From positions 58,094,001-58,158,000 of the forward strand of contig NC_086111.1 of NCBI RefSeq assembly GCF_963921235.1: a stretch of DNA of 64,000 bases. The letters are read 5' to 3'. The position numbers and the translations under genes were made by a program. The notes beneath the pieces are model-generated. The model saw nothing but the letters and a program-made list of their open reading frames with translations. It was not told the origin of the DNA and ran no database searches. Positions within the stretch are counted from its first letter, which is position 1; each line of letters begins with the position of its first letter. This DNA comes from Mobula hypostoma (lineage: Eukaryota). Shown in pieces: positions 36,500-50,329 of the stretch.

Positions 36500-39400
36500 C
36501 TGATTCGATTGGGAAAAGTGCACAGATACAGTAGCTTGTCATCGCACAAGGCCACTGAGAAGATTTCAAAAGTGAGGCGTTTCTTTCAGCAGGAGATTCG
36601 ATTGGGAGAAGTGCACAGACGCAGCAGCTTATCATCATGCAAGGCTGCTGAGAGGGTTCTGGGATAAAAAGAAGACGCTGCCTAGCAGAGCAGTCATCAG
36701 AGTAGTGTGAGTCAGAGTAGTAGGGCTTTGGCTCATCTGGGTTTCGGCGGGGACGGGCCTAGGTGAGGAAAGGATATCACACATCTCTTTTTCCTCTAAC
36801 TTAAGAGTAGTGGGTATGACTGCAGGGCCAGTTTTCTGCTCTGGGTAATCAGATGTGGGATATCCGGGAGACATCAAGCTGCAGCTCCTTAGAGACTGAG
36901 TTAGGGAACTGGAGCTGCAGCGTGAAGATCTTCGACTTGTTAGGGAAAGTGAGGAGGTGATCGATAGGAGCTACAAGCAGATAGTCACACCGGAGACAGA
37001 TAAGTGGGTGACTGTCAGGAGAGGAAAGGGAGGGCATCAGGTAATGGAGAGCACCCCTGTGGCCATCCCCCTTAACAATAAGTACTCCATTTTTAGGAGG
37101 CCGGGGGGGCGGAACAGCCTACCTGGGGAAAGCAACCTACGTTTGTACCTCTGGCACTGAGTCTGGCCCTGTGGCTCAGAAGGATACGGGACAGAAGAGG
37201 ATACAGCAGTAGTAGGAGACTCTATAATTAGGGGGACAGACAGGCAATTCTGTGGGTGCGAAAAACAAACATGGATGGTAGTTTGCCACTCAGGTGCCAA
37301 GGTTTATGATGTCTCTTAATATGTCCACAATATCCTGAAATGGGAGAGTGAGCAACCAGAGGTCGTAGCACATATTGGTAGCAACAACATAGGTAGAAAA
37401 AAGGGAGGAGGTCCTGAAAGCATAATACAGGGAGTTAAGAAGGAAGCTGAGAAGCAGGACCTCATGGGTAGTAATCTCGGGATTGCTGCCTGTGCCACGC
37501 TCTAGTGAGCATAGGAATAGAATGAGGTGGTGGATACATGCATGGCTGCAGGATTGGAGCAGGGGACAGGGATTCAGATTTTTAGATCATGGAGTCCTAT
37601 TTTGGGGCAGATGTGACCTGTACAAAAGGGACGGGTTGCACTTGAATCTGAAGGGGGGGCCAATATCCTGGCGAGGAGGTTTGCTAATGATATTGGGGTG
37701 GGTTTAAACTAGTTTTTCAGGTGGGGTGGGAAATGAAGTGAAGAGGCAGAGGATAGCGCGGTTGATGAACAAGTAGAGACAGCTTGTAGGGAGCTGTGAG
37801 GAAGGATAGGCAGATGTTAGAGCAAAGATGCCAGCCTGATGGTTCGAGGTGTGTCTATTTTAATGAAAGGAGTATCATAAACAAGGCGGATGAACTTAGA
37901 GCGTGGATCAATACGTGAAACTATGAGGTTGTGGCCATTACAGAGGCTTAGATGTCTCAGGGGCAAGAATGGCTGCTGTGTGTGCCAGACTTTAAGTTTT
38001 TCAAAAAAGGACAGGAAGGGTGGCAAAAAGGGTGGGGACTTGGCATTGCTAATCAGGGATAGTGTCATGGCTGCTGAAAAGGAGGAAATCTTGGAGGGAT
38101 TATCTACTGAGTCTGTGTAGGTGGAAGTCAGGAAAGGGGCAACAACTCTACAAGGTGTTTTTTTTATAGACACCCCCCCCCCAAGAGTAACAGGGACATC
38201 AAGGAGCAGTTAGGGAGACAGATTCTGGAACAGTGCAATAATAGGGTTGTTGGGATGGGAGATCTTAACTTTCCTGATATTGACTGGCATCCCCTTAGAA
38301 CAAGGTTTAGATGGGGTGGAGTTTGTTAGGTGTGTTCAGGAAGGTTTCTTCTTGCAATGTGTAGATAAGCCAACTAGAGGAGAGGCTGTACTTGATCTGG
38401 TATTGGGGAAATGAACCTCGTCAGGTGTCAAGTCTCTCGGAGAGCATTTTGGAGGAAGTGATCATAACTCTATCTCTTTACCATAGAACTGGAGGGGGAT
38501 AGGAGCAGACAATTTGGGAAACCATTTAACTGGGGTAGAGGGAAATATGATGCTTTTAGGCAGGAACTTGGGAGCATAAATTGGGATCAGGTGTTCTCAG
38601 GGAAATGCACAGTAGACATGTGGCAAATATTCAGGGAATATTTGCATGGCATTCTGCATAGGTATGTTCCATTAAGGCAGGGAAAGGATGGTAGGGTAAA
38701 AAACCATGGTGTACAAAGGATGTAGAAAATCTAGTTAAGAAGAACAGAAGAGCTGACGAAAGGTTCAAGAAACTAGATACTGATAGAGTTATAGAAAATT
38801 ACAAGGTTGCCAGGAAGGATCTGAAGAATGAAATTAGGAGAGCTAGAAGGGGCCATGAGAAGGCCTTGGTGAGCAGGATTAAGGAAAACCACAAAGCATT
38901 TGACAAGTATGTGAAGAGCAAGAGGATGAGCCGTGTGAAAATAGGACCAATCAGGTGCGATAGTGGAAATGTGTGCGTGAAATCGGAGGAAGTAGCGGAG
39001 GTACTTAACAAGTACTTTGCTGCAGTATTCACCAGGGAAAAAGGACATTGGCAATTGTGGGGATGACTTACAGCGGACTGAAACGCTTGAGCATATAGAC
39101 ATTAAGAGGATATGCTAGAGCTTTAGAAAGCATTAAGTTAGATAAGTCACCGGGACCAGATGAGATATGTCCCAGGTTACTGTGGGAAGCAAGGGAGGAG
39201 ATTGCTGAGCCTCTGGTGATGATCTTTGCATCATTAATACGGATAGAAGTAGTACTAGAGGGCTGCAAATGTTCACTTGTTCAAGAAAGGCAGTAGAGAT
39301 AACCCAGGAAATGATAGACCAGTGAATCTGACTTCAGTGGTGGGCAAGTTATTGGAGAAGATCCTGAGAGGCAGGATTTATAAGCATTTGCAGAGACATA

Positions 39401-40632
39401 ATCTGATTAGGGATAGTCAGAATGGCTTTGTCAAGGGCAGATTGTGCTTTACAAGCCTGATTGAATTATTTGATCATGTATCAAAACACATTGATGAAGG
39501 TAGAGCAGTGGATGTAGCGTATATGGATTTCAGTAAGGCATTTGATAACGTTCCCCATGCAGGGCTCATTCAGAAAGTATTGAGACATGGGATCCAAGAA
39601 GACCTTGCTTTGTGCATCCAGAATTGGCTTGCAAAGGCTGGTTATAGATGGTTTGTACTCTGCAAGGAGGTCAGTGACCAGTGGTGTTCCACAGGGATCT
39701 GTTTTGGGACCCCTCCTCTTTGTGATTTTTATAAATGACTTGGAATAAGAAGTAGAAGGGTGGGTTAGTAACTTTGCTGATGACACAAAGGTTGAGGGTG
39801 TTGTGGATAGTCTGGAGGGTTGTCAAAGGTTACAGCAGGCATTGACAGGATGCAGAACTGGACTGAGAAGTGGCAGATGGTGATCAGCTCAGTTAAGCGT
39901 GAGGAGGCTCATTTTGGTAGGTCCAATTTGCAGACAGAATATAGTATTAATGGTAAGACTCTTGGAAGTGTGGAGGATGAGAGAGTTCTTGGAGTCCGCT
40001 TCCACAGGGAGCTCAAAGTTGATGTGCAGGTTGTTAAGAAGTCGCATGGTGTGTTGGCATTCACTAACCATGGGATTGAGTTCAAGAGCCGTGAGATAAT
40101 GTTACTGGTCACCTCACTACAGGAAGGATGTGGATACTATAGAGAGTGCAGAGGAGATTTACAAGGATGTTGCCTGGATTGGAGAGTGTGCCTTATGAGA
40201 ATAGGTTGAGTAAATTTGATTTTTTCTCCTTGGAGTGACAGAGGATGAGAGATGACCTGAAAGAAGTTTGTAAGATGATGAGAGGCATTGATCATGTGGA
40301 TAGCCAGAGGCTTTTTCACCAGGGCTGAAATAGCTAACACAAGGGGACATAGTTTTAAGATGTTTGGAAGAAATTACAGAGGGGATATAAGGGGCAAGTT
40401 TTTCACACAGAGAGTGGTGGGTGTGTAGAATACACTGCCAGTGACAGTGGTAGAGACCAGTACAATTGGGTCTTTTAAGAGACCCTTAGATAGGTACATG
40501 GAGCTTATAAAAATAGAGGGCTATGCGATAGGGAAATTCTAGGCAGTTTCTAGAGTAGGTTACATGGTTGTGCCAACATAGTGGGCCAAAGGGCTTGTAA
40601 TGTGCTGTAGATTCCTATGTTCTATATTCTAT
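36500..40632 (+). mobile_element. CR1/HER1 LINE, full-length but degenerate, with tandem 5' UTR monomers
   Basis: Two roughly 92-bp monomers beginning gattcgattggga (36502, 36594); ORF1 AVVGDSIIRGTDR, HIGSNNIG, DGLHLN; ORF2 GDLNFP, RPVNLTSVVGKLLE, YMDFSKAFDNVPH, FADDTK; tail ttcctatgttctatattcta. Confidence 0.95.
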
Positions 40633-42292
40633 ATCTAAAATAGGAGAAAGCAAATGCACATTTGAATTGAGAAAATAAGAGCTGGTAGCCAAATACAGTT
40701 GACTCAAAATATATGTTTTGTGGATGAGATTTGGAAATGAACAATAAAGATCAGAACAATATTCATCGAGTGATGACTCAGTCCTTGGCATTGGAAGTGA
40801 AGTGTTATTGAAACCTAAATTTCCCAAGGAGAATATTAGCACAGTTCACATACTTCCAGCAGGGATGGGGAAATAATTGTGTGAATCACTTAAATTATTC
40901 ACAGTGACAAAAAATGAGAGTTCTAGCTGCTTTTTAATCATATTCTGTCACCTCTGTGCAGTTTCAGTTTGCTATAACCATGTTGCCCATTTTGCTCGTT
41001 TAGCCTTCTGTTAATCCTGATCTTTTTCACTCATGGAATGAGGGCATTGCAACATTACTTCCCAGGAGCAATCAGAGCTTTAATGCCATCTCGGATTACT
41101 TCTGGGAAGGGAAACTTGGTAAGAGTCAATTCAGGCTCATTCACTTATGGACAGGACGACAATAAAGATTCATTGTAACAATTATCTCAACAACTTAGAC
41201 TTTACAATTCCAGAAACTAAATAGTAGTTTTTCTTATCCTCATCTCACCATATTCCACAGTTTACTTAATTGACTGTATTAAATTTAACACTGCTGATGT
41301 GTTAGAACTCGAAATCATGTTTCCAGCTGACTGCTGGAATACAAATCGAATGTCTCAAGCATTTGTCTTAATAATAACCTCCTTCTTGGAATTTACATTC
41401 TTATCTAACTGTGCTCCTCTGCATGAGTGTACAGTATATTCAACTCTTTCTTGTGATGGATATTCACTCTCCAGGGCCATGGGGGGTCTCTTGCCAAGCT
41501 CAGCTTTCCAACATAGCAGCTGAAACTTGGTGAGATCAAAAAGTTGTTTTTGAGTAAGTTAAACTTTCAACCAATATTCTTTGTTCAGCTTCTTGTCATA
41601 AACTGGAGCCAGTCTTCAGTTGTTAATGTAAATTATAAGCATTAATCAGTTTGGAGTTAAAAGGACAAACAAACAGCACTGTCCATCAAGCACAGAACAC
41701 TGGCCTACAGCATGGGGCTGGCAGCAGTATAAGGCAGTGGGGTTATGTTAATTGGTCTGTTTCAAACAAGACAACGCTAGCTAAGCTATTTAGTTCAATG
41801 GAGTCTGCAGACCAGATTGATACTATCACTTAGCACATCAAATGTCTGATCTATTAATATTTGGAAGGGTTTTTGTGCTCAAGAGAGTGAGCTTCACAGC
41901 ATTAATTCTCCAGAGGCTTTTACACTTTTATTGTGAAAAGGTATCTGAAAAAAATCACATGTCTGAAGTCAGCCAAGTGGCAGAAAAACAGTATAAATGT
42001 AACCGAATAGTCAATCTTGTTAGGAATGGTCTCAGAAAAGCAAGAAGAATGACAGAAAGACAGGGTGACTGGATGGGCTGAATATTCCACTGCCTTCGAT
42101 TTCTGCAAGGGTTGATTCATTCGTCTGCAACTCGTTGGTATGCCTGTATAGCTTATAGGAATTGTGTCTTTGTTTTGGAAATCCTTTGTACTTTAGAAAT
42201 CATTTGCAGATGCAACAGACGTTCCCGCACAGGTCCGACAAAGAGCTTGACAAAGCAGCGAGATTTTTAAATGGGAGTTGTTGATTGGAGTA

Positions 42293-43616
42293 CACCCTAT
42301 CCTCGTTATATGCGAGGGATACGTTCCTCAAAGTTGACACATAATGTGAGATCGCATAATGTGAATAATTATTTAAATGGAAAAAATAGAGATGCGTTCC
42401 AGAGGGCTTCCTAAATATGTTTTATCTGTAATTTATTCACATTTTTATACCAATATGACACAAAAGCAGTACTACAAGACAACATTTGTATTATATTTAA
42501 TCAATTTAATGTAATAAATCATAGAAAGTTAACATCCTCTGGAGTACAGTACTCACCAACAGTGGCAGGTGTGTTCGCTCCAGGAGATGAGTGGTTGTTG
42601 TGGTGTTGGGCAGCTTTACATGGATAAGGTGGATGTTTGTGGTCGTCAGGATAATATCAAGCACAGCAAGGGGTGAAGGAGGCCTCACAGAACTCTTAGA
42701 ACTGCCAGCAGCAGAAGATTACAGCAATTTGCATAAAGTGGTGAGGGTTGTTTGTTTGGCAGCATTTTGTTTTTCAGCATAAATTTGCTTGTAGGGAAGG
42801 AGAGTTGATGGCAGGGAGTGACTGAAATGCTGACTCTGTTCTAAACTTGGGTCCATGTCCAACGCCATTTGTGCCAAGTGTTCCAGCTTCCACCATTCCC
42901 TCACCGTTGGTAAACTCCCAGGATTTTCAAAACCGTCTGTTGCTTGCAGCATCTGAGAGAGAGTTCGCCATAAAAAAATACGTACGCCTTGAACGTGGAT
43001 CACACCGGTCGAGTGGTTGAATCAGCGATGTTGTGTTAGGCGGCGGGAAACACACTTATGTTAGGATGAATGCTGTCCAAATGTTTAGGATGGGCTGGCG
43101 CATTGTCAAGCAACAGAAGAACTTTAAAGGCAAGATTCTGTTCCCGGCAGTAGCGTCCCAGAGCTATGGTACCTTCAGCTGATGCCACACTGTTTATAAT
43201 TTTCAACTTTTTTTCAAGTGTTAAAGCGGTTCTCTGCCGCTCGACTGACGGCCCAAGACATGACATCGGACGCTTAGGAGGCATATTTAAATACTTAAAG
43301 CACAAAAATCACTGGACCGTAGGTAAAACCGACAAAAGTTTAAGATCGCGCATCCACACCTTGCCAAAACCAATGTGAGAGTGGCGGGAGTGAAATTGTG
43401 AGGCGCGCGGACCTGACTTGTATTGGCGGGAAAGCAGTGTTTCTCGTCCCAACAGTGAGATTGTGAAGCGTGCGCACGTGACTTGTATTGGCAGGAAGGC
43501 AGTGATCCTCACATAACTGAATTTTGGACGCATATAACGAGACGTTGGAAGAAATAGGTTCCTCGCATAACTGTGAATCCATATAGTCTGAAGGCGCATA
43601 TAACGAGGGTAGGGTG
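42293..43616 (-). mobile_element. pogo/Tigger DNA transposon, internally deleted
   Basis: TIR CACCCTATCCTCGTTATATGCG / CGCATATAACGAGGGTAGGGTG with TA TSD (42291-42292, 43617-43618); MPPKRP..RQRTALTLEKKLKII joined to YCREQNLAFKVLLLLDNAPAHP, then frameshifted PPNTTSLIQPLD; about 65-bp subterminal tandem repeat at 43390-43505. Confidence 0.95.
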
Positions 43617-45485
43617 TACTGCGCGGACACAACAGGAGTGTTCCCGTGCACGTCTGACAAAGACTTACGACAGGAAACCCAGTATCTATAAAAGAGAAGT
43701 ACTGCCTCGTGGAGTGGTCATTGTCAGAGTAGTATGAGGCAGAGTAGGATGGCTCTGGCTCAAACAGGGTTTCGGCGAAGGCTAGGCAAGTTCATTCCTT
43801 ATTCAACTCTAGAGAGAATAGGCGATATATCTACAGAGCCAGTGATCTGTTGTGGGTGTCAGATGTCAATTTCCAAGAGAGTCCCACCCTCCCCGATAGC
43901 CAGATCTGCAGAGGGGCATCGAGATGCGACTCCCTAGAGACCTTGTTAGGGAACTGGAGCTGCAGCTCAATGACCTTCAGCTTGTTAGAGAAAGTGAGGT
44001 GGTGATAGGCAGGATCTAACAGGGAGGTAGTTCCCCAAGGCTTCAGGAGACAGCTAAATGGGTGACTGTCAGGAGAAGGAAGGGCAGAGTCTGGCCTGTG
44101 GCTCAGAAGGGTAGGGAACAGCAGTTACAGAGAAAATCTACGGTCAGGAGGACAGATAGATGATTCTGTGGATGCAAAAAGGAAACATGGATGGTAGTTT
44201 GCCTTCCAGGTGCCAGGGTTGGAGATGTTTCTTGATGCATCTACAATATCCTGAAAAGGAAGGGTGAGCAGCCAGAAGTTGTCATACATATTGGTACCAA
44301 AGACATAGGAAGGAAAAGGGAGGAGACCCTGAAAAAAGAATATAGGGAGTTAGGAAGGAAGCTGAGAAGCAGGACCTCAACAGTACTAATCTCATGATTG
44401 CTGCCTGTGCCATGTGGCAGTGAGGATAGGATTAGAATGAGGTGGTAGATAAATGTGTGGCTGAAGAATTGGAGCCGGGTCAAGGATTCAGATTTCTGAA
44501 TAATTAGGACCTCTTCTAGGACAGGTGGGACCTATACAAAAGGGATGGGTTGCACTTGAATCTGAGGGGGACCAATATTCTTGTGAGCAGATTTACTAGA
44601 GCTGTTGGGAGTGGTTTAAACTAATATGGCAGTGGGATGGGAACCAGGATGATAGAGCTGAGGAAGAGCTAGCAGGGTAACAAATAGGTGATGGGTGTAA
44701 CATGAACGCAAAGAAGGACAAGCCAATGATTGGGTACAAATGCAGATAAAGCAAAGAGTTAAATTGCAGCATAGAGGAAAAAAATTTTAAAGGGTGAAGA
44801 ATGCAGGACTGAAGGTGCTGTATTTGGATGTGTGTAGCATTCGGAAAAAGATGGACAAACTCATGGCACAATTAGGGACTGGTCAATATGATGTTGTGGT
44901 CATCACTGAGTCCCGGCTGAAAGAAGAACATAGTTGGCAGCTTACCATCAAAGGATATACTTCGTAACTAAAGGACAGGCAGGAAGGCATAGGTGGTGGT
45001 GTGGCTCTGTTGGTAAGGGATAGAATCACATCTTTAGAAAGAGGTGGCATAGTGTCAGGGAATGTTAAATCCTTGTAAGTACAGTTTAAAAATTGCAAGG
45101 GTGAAAAAACCATAATGGGAATCATATGTAGTCCTCCAAACAGCAGCCAAGATGTGGGGTTGAGATTGCGAGGGGAACTGGAAAAGGCATGTAATAAAGG
45201 TAAAGACACAATTGTAATGGGAGACTTCAACATGAAAGAGGATTGGGAAAATTAGGCTGGTGTCAGATCACAAGAGAGGGAATTTGCTGAATGCCTACAA
45301 GATGGCTTTTTAGAGCAGCTTGTGCTTGAGCCTATTCGGGGAAAGGCTGTTGTGTAATAACCCAGATCTTATTAGCGAGCTTAACAGAAAGGAACTCTTA
45401 GGAGGCAGTGAAGTTGGATGATTGGGAAGCTCTTAAAGTCCAACAAAAGACAATTTAAAAAGCTATAAAGGAAAAGATGAAATAT

Positions 45486-47690
45486 AGAATAGAAATAGCA
45501 TAGCATAGAAACTACAGCACAGAAACAGGCCTTTTGGCCTTTCTTGGCTGTGCCGAACCATTTTCTGCCTAGTCCCACTGACCTGCACACAGACCATATC
45601 CCTCCATACACCTCCCATCCATGTATCTGTCCAATTTATTCTTAAATGTTAAAAAAGAACCCGCATTTACCACCTCATCTGGCAGCTCATTCCATACTCC
45701 CACCACTCTCTATGTGAAGCCCCCCCCAATGTTCCCTTTAAACTTTTCCCCCTTCACCCTTAACCCATGTTCTCTGGTTTTTTTCTCCCCTTGCCTCAGT
45801 GGAAAAAGCTTGCTTGCATTCACTCTATCTATACCCATCATAATTTTATATACCTCTATCAAATCTCCCCTCATTCTTCTATGCTCCAGGGAATAAAGTC
45901 CTAACCTATTCAACCTTTCTCTGTAACTGAGTTTCTCAAGTCCTGGCAACATCCTTGTAAACCTTCTCTGCACTCTTTCAACCTTATTTATATCCTTCCT
46001 GTAATTTGGTGACCAAAACTGAACACAGTACTCCAGACTCAGCCTCACCAATGCCTTATACAACCTCATCATAACGTTCCTGCTCTTATACTCAATACTT
46101 TGATTAATAAAGGCCAATGTACCAAAAGCTCTCTTTACGACCCTATCTACCTATGACGCCACTTTTAGGGAATTTTGTATCTGTATTCCCAGATCCCTTT
46201 GTCCTACTGCACTCCTCAGTGCCTCACCATTAACCCTGTATATTCTACCTTGGTTTGTCCTTCCATCGTGCAATACCTCACACTTGTCTGTATTAAACTC
46301 CATCTGCCATTTTTCAGTCCATTTTTCCAGCTGGCCCAAGTCCCTCTGCAGGCTCTGAAAACCTTCCTCACTGTCTACTACACCTCCAACCTTTGTATCA
46401 TGAGCAAATTTGCTGATCCAATTTACCACATTATCATCCAGATCATTGATATAGATGACAAATAACAATGGACCCAGCACTGATCCCTGTGGCACACCAC
46501 TAGTCACAGGCTTCCACTCGGAGAAGCAATTCTCTACTACCACTCTTTGGCTCCTTCCATTGAGCCAATGTCTAATCCAATTTACCACCTCTCCATGTAT
46601 ACCTAGCAACTGAATTTTCCTAATTAACCTCCCATGCGGGACCTTGTCAAAGGCCTTACTGAAGTCCATGTAGACAATATCCACTGCCTTCCCTTCATCC
46701 ACTTTCCTGGTAACCTCCTCAAAAAACTCCAATAGATTGGTCAAACATGAAGTCCCTGTCTATCCAAAGGCTTGTAGATTCTGTCTCTTAGTACTCCCTC
46801 CAATAACTTACCTACTACCGACGTTAAACTTACCGGCCTATAATTTCCCGGATTACTTTTTGATCCTTTTTTAAACAACGGAACAACATGAGCCACTCTC
46901 CAATCCTCCGGCACGTCACCCGTAGACAGCGACATTTTAAATATTTCTGCCAGGCCCCCCGCCATTTCAACACTAGTCTCCTTCAAGGTCCGAGGGAACA
47001 CTCTGTCAGGTCCTGGGGATTTATCCACTTTAATTTTCCTTAAGACAGCAAGCACCTCCTCCTTTTCGATCTGTACAGTTTCCATGATCTCACTACTTGT
47101 TTCCCTTAATTCCATAGACTTCATGCCAGTTTCCTTAGTAAATACAGACGCAAAAAACCTATTTAAGATCTCCCCCATCTCCTTTGGATCCGCACATAGC
47201 CGACCACTCTGATCTTCAAGAGGACCAATTTTATCCCTTACAATCCTTTTGCTCTTAATATACCTGTAAAAGCTCTTTGGATTATCCTTCACTTTGATTG
47301 CCACGGCAACCTCATGTCTTCTTTTAGCCCTCCTAATTTCTTTCTTAAGTATTTTCTTGCACTTCTTATACTCCTCAAGCACCTTATTTACTCCCTGCTT
47401 CCTATACATGCCATACAACTCCCTCTTCTTCGTTATAGAGTTGCAATATCCCTTGAGAACCAAGGTTCCTTATTCCTATTCACTTTGCCTTTAATCCTGA
47501 CAGGAACATACAAATTCTGCACTCTCAAAATTTCTCCTTTGAAGGCTTCCCACCTACCGATCACATCTTTGCCAGAGAACAACCTGTCCCAATCCACGCT
47601 TTTTAGATCCTTTCTCATTTCTTCAAATTTGGCCTTCTTCTAGTTCAGAACCTCAAACCTAGGAACAGATCTATCCTTGTCCATGATCAA
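45486..47690 (-). mobile_element. CR1/HER1 young subfamily, 5'-truncated, nested antisense in an older CR1
   Basis: ORFs 46741-47463, 46151-46744 and 45710-46117 cover RT and the C-terminus; short deletion at the QHGF motif near 46750; host reads gatgaaatat|gagggcagac across the insert (aaatat at both junctions). Confidence 0.96.
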
Positions 47691-48295
47691 ATATGAGGGC
47701 AGACTAGCCAATAATATAAAGCAGGATACCAAAAGTTTTTTTTCAGTTATATAAAGAGTAAAAGGGAGGTAAGAATTGATATTGGACCACTGGAAAATGA
47801 TGCTGGTGACTTGATAGTGGGGGACAAAGAAGTGGCAGATGACCTTAATGGGTACTTTGCATCTGTCTTCACCATGGAAGACACTAGCAATGTGCCAGAG
47901 GTCCATTAGCATCAGGGAGCAGGAGTGGATGCCATTGCTATTACAAAGGAAAAAGTGCTAGGCAAACTCAAAGGTCTTAGGGTGGATAAGTCACTTGGAC
48001 AAAATGGACTACATCCCAAAGTCCTGAGAGAGGTTGCTGAAGAGATAACAGATGCACTGGTCATGATCTTCCAAGAATCACTTGATTATGGCATGGTCCC
48101 AGAGGACTGGAAGATTGCAAATGTCACTCCACTCTTTAAGGCAAAAGAAAGGAAATTATAGGCCAGTTTGCCTAACCTCAGAGGTTGGGAAAGTGTTGAA
48201 GTATATTATTAAGGATGAGGTTTCAGAGTAGTTGGAGACTAATGATGAAATAAGTCAAAGTCAGCATGGTTTCTGTAAAGGGAAATCTTGCTTTG

Positions 48296-48800
48296 TTAAG
48301 AGGTCAGACAGCATCCATAGGAAGAAGCACAGTTGACGTTTCGGACCAAGGCCCTTCATCAGGACTAACTGAAAGAAGAGATAGTAAGAGATTTGAAAGT
48401 GGGGTGGGGGAGTGGGAGATCTGAAATGATAGGAGAAGACAGGAGGGGGAGGGATAGAGCTAAGAGCTGGAAAATTGATTGGCAAAAGGGATACAAGGCT
48501 GGAGAAGGTAGAGGCTCATGGGATGGGAGGCCTGGGGAGAAAGAAAGGGGGAGGGGAACGCCAGAGGAAGATGGAGAGCAGGCAAGGAGTTATTGTGAGA
48601 GGGACAGAGAGTGCCCACACATTTTAATTCCACGTCCCATTCCCATTCTGATATGTCTATCCACGGCCTCCTCTATTGCCAAGATGAAGCCACACTCAGG
48701 TTGGAGGAACAACACCTTATATTCGGTCTGGATAGCCTCCAACCTGATGGCATCAACACTGACTTCTCTAACTTCCGTTAATGCGCCACCTCCCCTTCAA
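48296..48800 (+). mobile_element. Penelope-like element fragment (inverted pseudo-LTR and GIY-YIG C-terminus)
   Basis: THFNSTSHSHSDMSIHGLLYCQDEATLRLEEQHLIFGLDSLQPDGINTDFSNFR* at 48616-48780; inverted segment 48296-48610. Confidence 0.9.
48331..48366 (-). ncRNA. Minimal hammerhead ribozyme motif (Penelope-associated)
   Basis: Minus strand agtc-CTGATGA-a-gggccttggtcc-GAAAC-GTC-aact; core intact, one stem I mismatch. Confidence 0.7.
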
Positions 48801-49937
48801 ACACCATCCCTTATTTATTTATTTGTTTGTTATTTTTCCCTTCTCTCTCTCTCTCTCTCTCTCAGTAGTAAATCTGTGGAATGCCCTGCCACGAACTGCG
48901 GGGAGGCAAAGTCCATGCTTATATTTAAAGTGGAATTTGATCGCTTCCTGATCGGTCAGGGCATCAAAGGATATGGTGAGAAGGCAGGTGTTTGGGGTTG
49001 AGTGGGATCCAGGACCAGCAGACTCAATGGGCTGAATGGACTAATTCTGCTCCTATGTCCTATGATCTTATGAAAATGTTTTAGAAGATAGAAAATTTCT
49101 GAGTTTTAAATGTGTTTTAAGAACTTTATCTACATTGAAATGTATATCACTAAAAACAAATGAACCATGCTTGAACTATTTTGTTAGCTAAACATATCTC
49201 CTCCTTGATAGCCAGGGGGGACTCACCACTCAACTAGTGGGTATTGGCAGCTAACCACGCTACGGAGTATAAACAGGAAAGTGAACTAGTCTTTGAAGAG
49301 TAGGTGAAAGCAGTATAACCTCTCTTTAGTGAGGGTACCCATAGCTATCTATGTCAGATGGAGCTTAAGATCTTTGAGTTTAGAACTTAACGGTCAGCAA
49401 TATATCTGACTCATGGAGCTCTCATTGCATAACCTCTAAAATTAATAGAGGGAAAGGCAGATCATTTTCATTTTGGGCATTTGATCCTCCAAATCCAGTA
49501 ATGATGACCAGGCTCTGGGATGTGGTATTATTATTGAAGAACACTGCAATGTCAGACCAGATCAGTTTCATCTGCATGATGTCACAGTGCAAATAAATCC
49601 ATTAAATTTCTAAGTCAAGTTTGATTTTACTCTTGAAGTTCTTGTCACATCACAACAAAATAGTTTCAAGTAATAGCACGAGTGCAAAATTGGAAGATCA
49701 TATCTCCTTCCGTAAACAAAATTTCAACAGAGATACATTTTACCTGTGTTTTTCTACTCCCCAAGCAATTAAAAGCTATGTCTGCAAGGAAACACAGCAG
49801 ATATAAAAATAACAACCATATGCAGAGATGATAGCACTCTACTGAAATAAGATGCATTAAGAACCTTACATCTTTTATATGGCTCCAATGTTTTAATGTT
49901 ATTTCTTTTCATACAGTTTGTTTTGGCATAGCACCAG

Positions 49938-50215
49938 AAGACCAGTGGGCACAGCCTCAGTTTAGAAGGATGTCCCTTTGTAACAAAGATTAGGAGGCAA
50001 AGGATGATGAATCTGTGGAATTTATGGCCACTGTCGACTGTGGAGGCCAAGTCATTGGGAATATATAGTGTTTGCTAAGTTCCTAATTAGTAAGGGCATC
50101 AAAGTTAACGTGGAGAAGATAGAAGAATGGGGTTGAGAGGGAAAATAAATCTGCCATGATTGAATGCACAGCAGGGGTGATGAGTGGACTGGCCTAATTC
50201 TGCTCCTATTTAAGT
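49938..50215 (+). mobile_element. CR1 3' end
   Basis: accagtgggcacagcctcag..gaatctgtggaattt..tggaggccaagtcattgg..ggcctaattctgctccta. Confidence 0.8.
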
Positions 50216-50329
50216 CCCATGGACCAGACACAATCAGATTGTCAGTGCACCTAACATTCAAGCAGACTGATTCTGTCCTGCTATCCCATAGACAACTGAG
50301 ATCTACAATTTCAAATATATTCATCTGTA

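Larger units (their letters stand above)
42200..49072 (+). mobile_element. Second near-full-length degenerate CR1, host to a Tigger, an antisense CR1 and a Penelope
   Basis: 5' UTR monomers either side of the Tigger; ORF1 43830-44620 (HIGTKDIG, DGLHLN); APE 44815-45400 (VMGDFNM); resumes at 47690 (KLKGLRVDKS, PEDWKIANVTPLFK, SQHGFCKGKSC); CR1 3' end 48865-49072, which may be a separate copy. Confidence 0.88.

Noticed and set aside
36500-36660. CRISPR-like or other repeat-spacer array
   Set aside because: Only two diverged monomers, belonging to a CR1 5' UTR, in eukaryotic context with no cas genes.
43036-43305. TIGD1-like host gene
   Set aside because: Bounded by TIRs and a TA TSD, mostly deleted and frameshifted.
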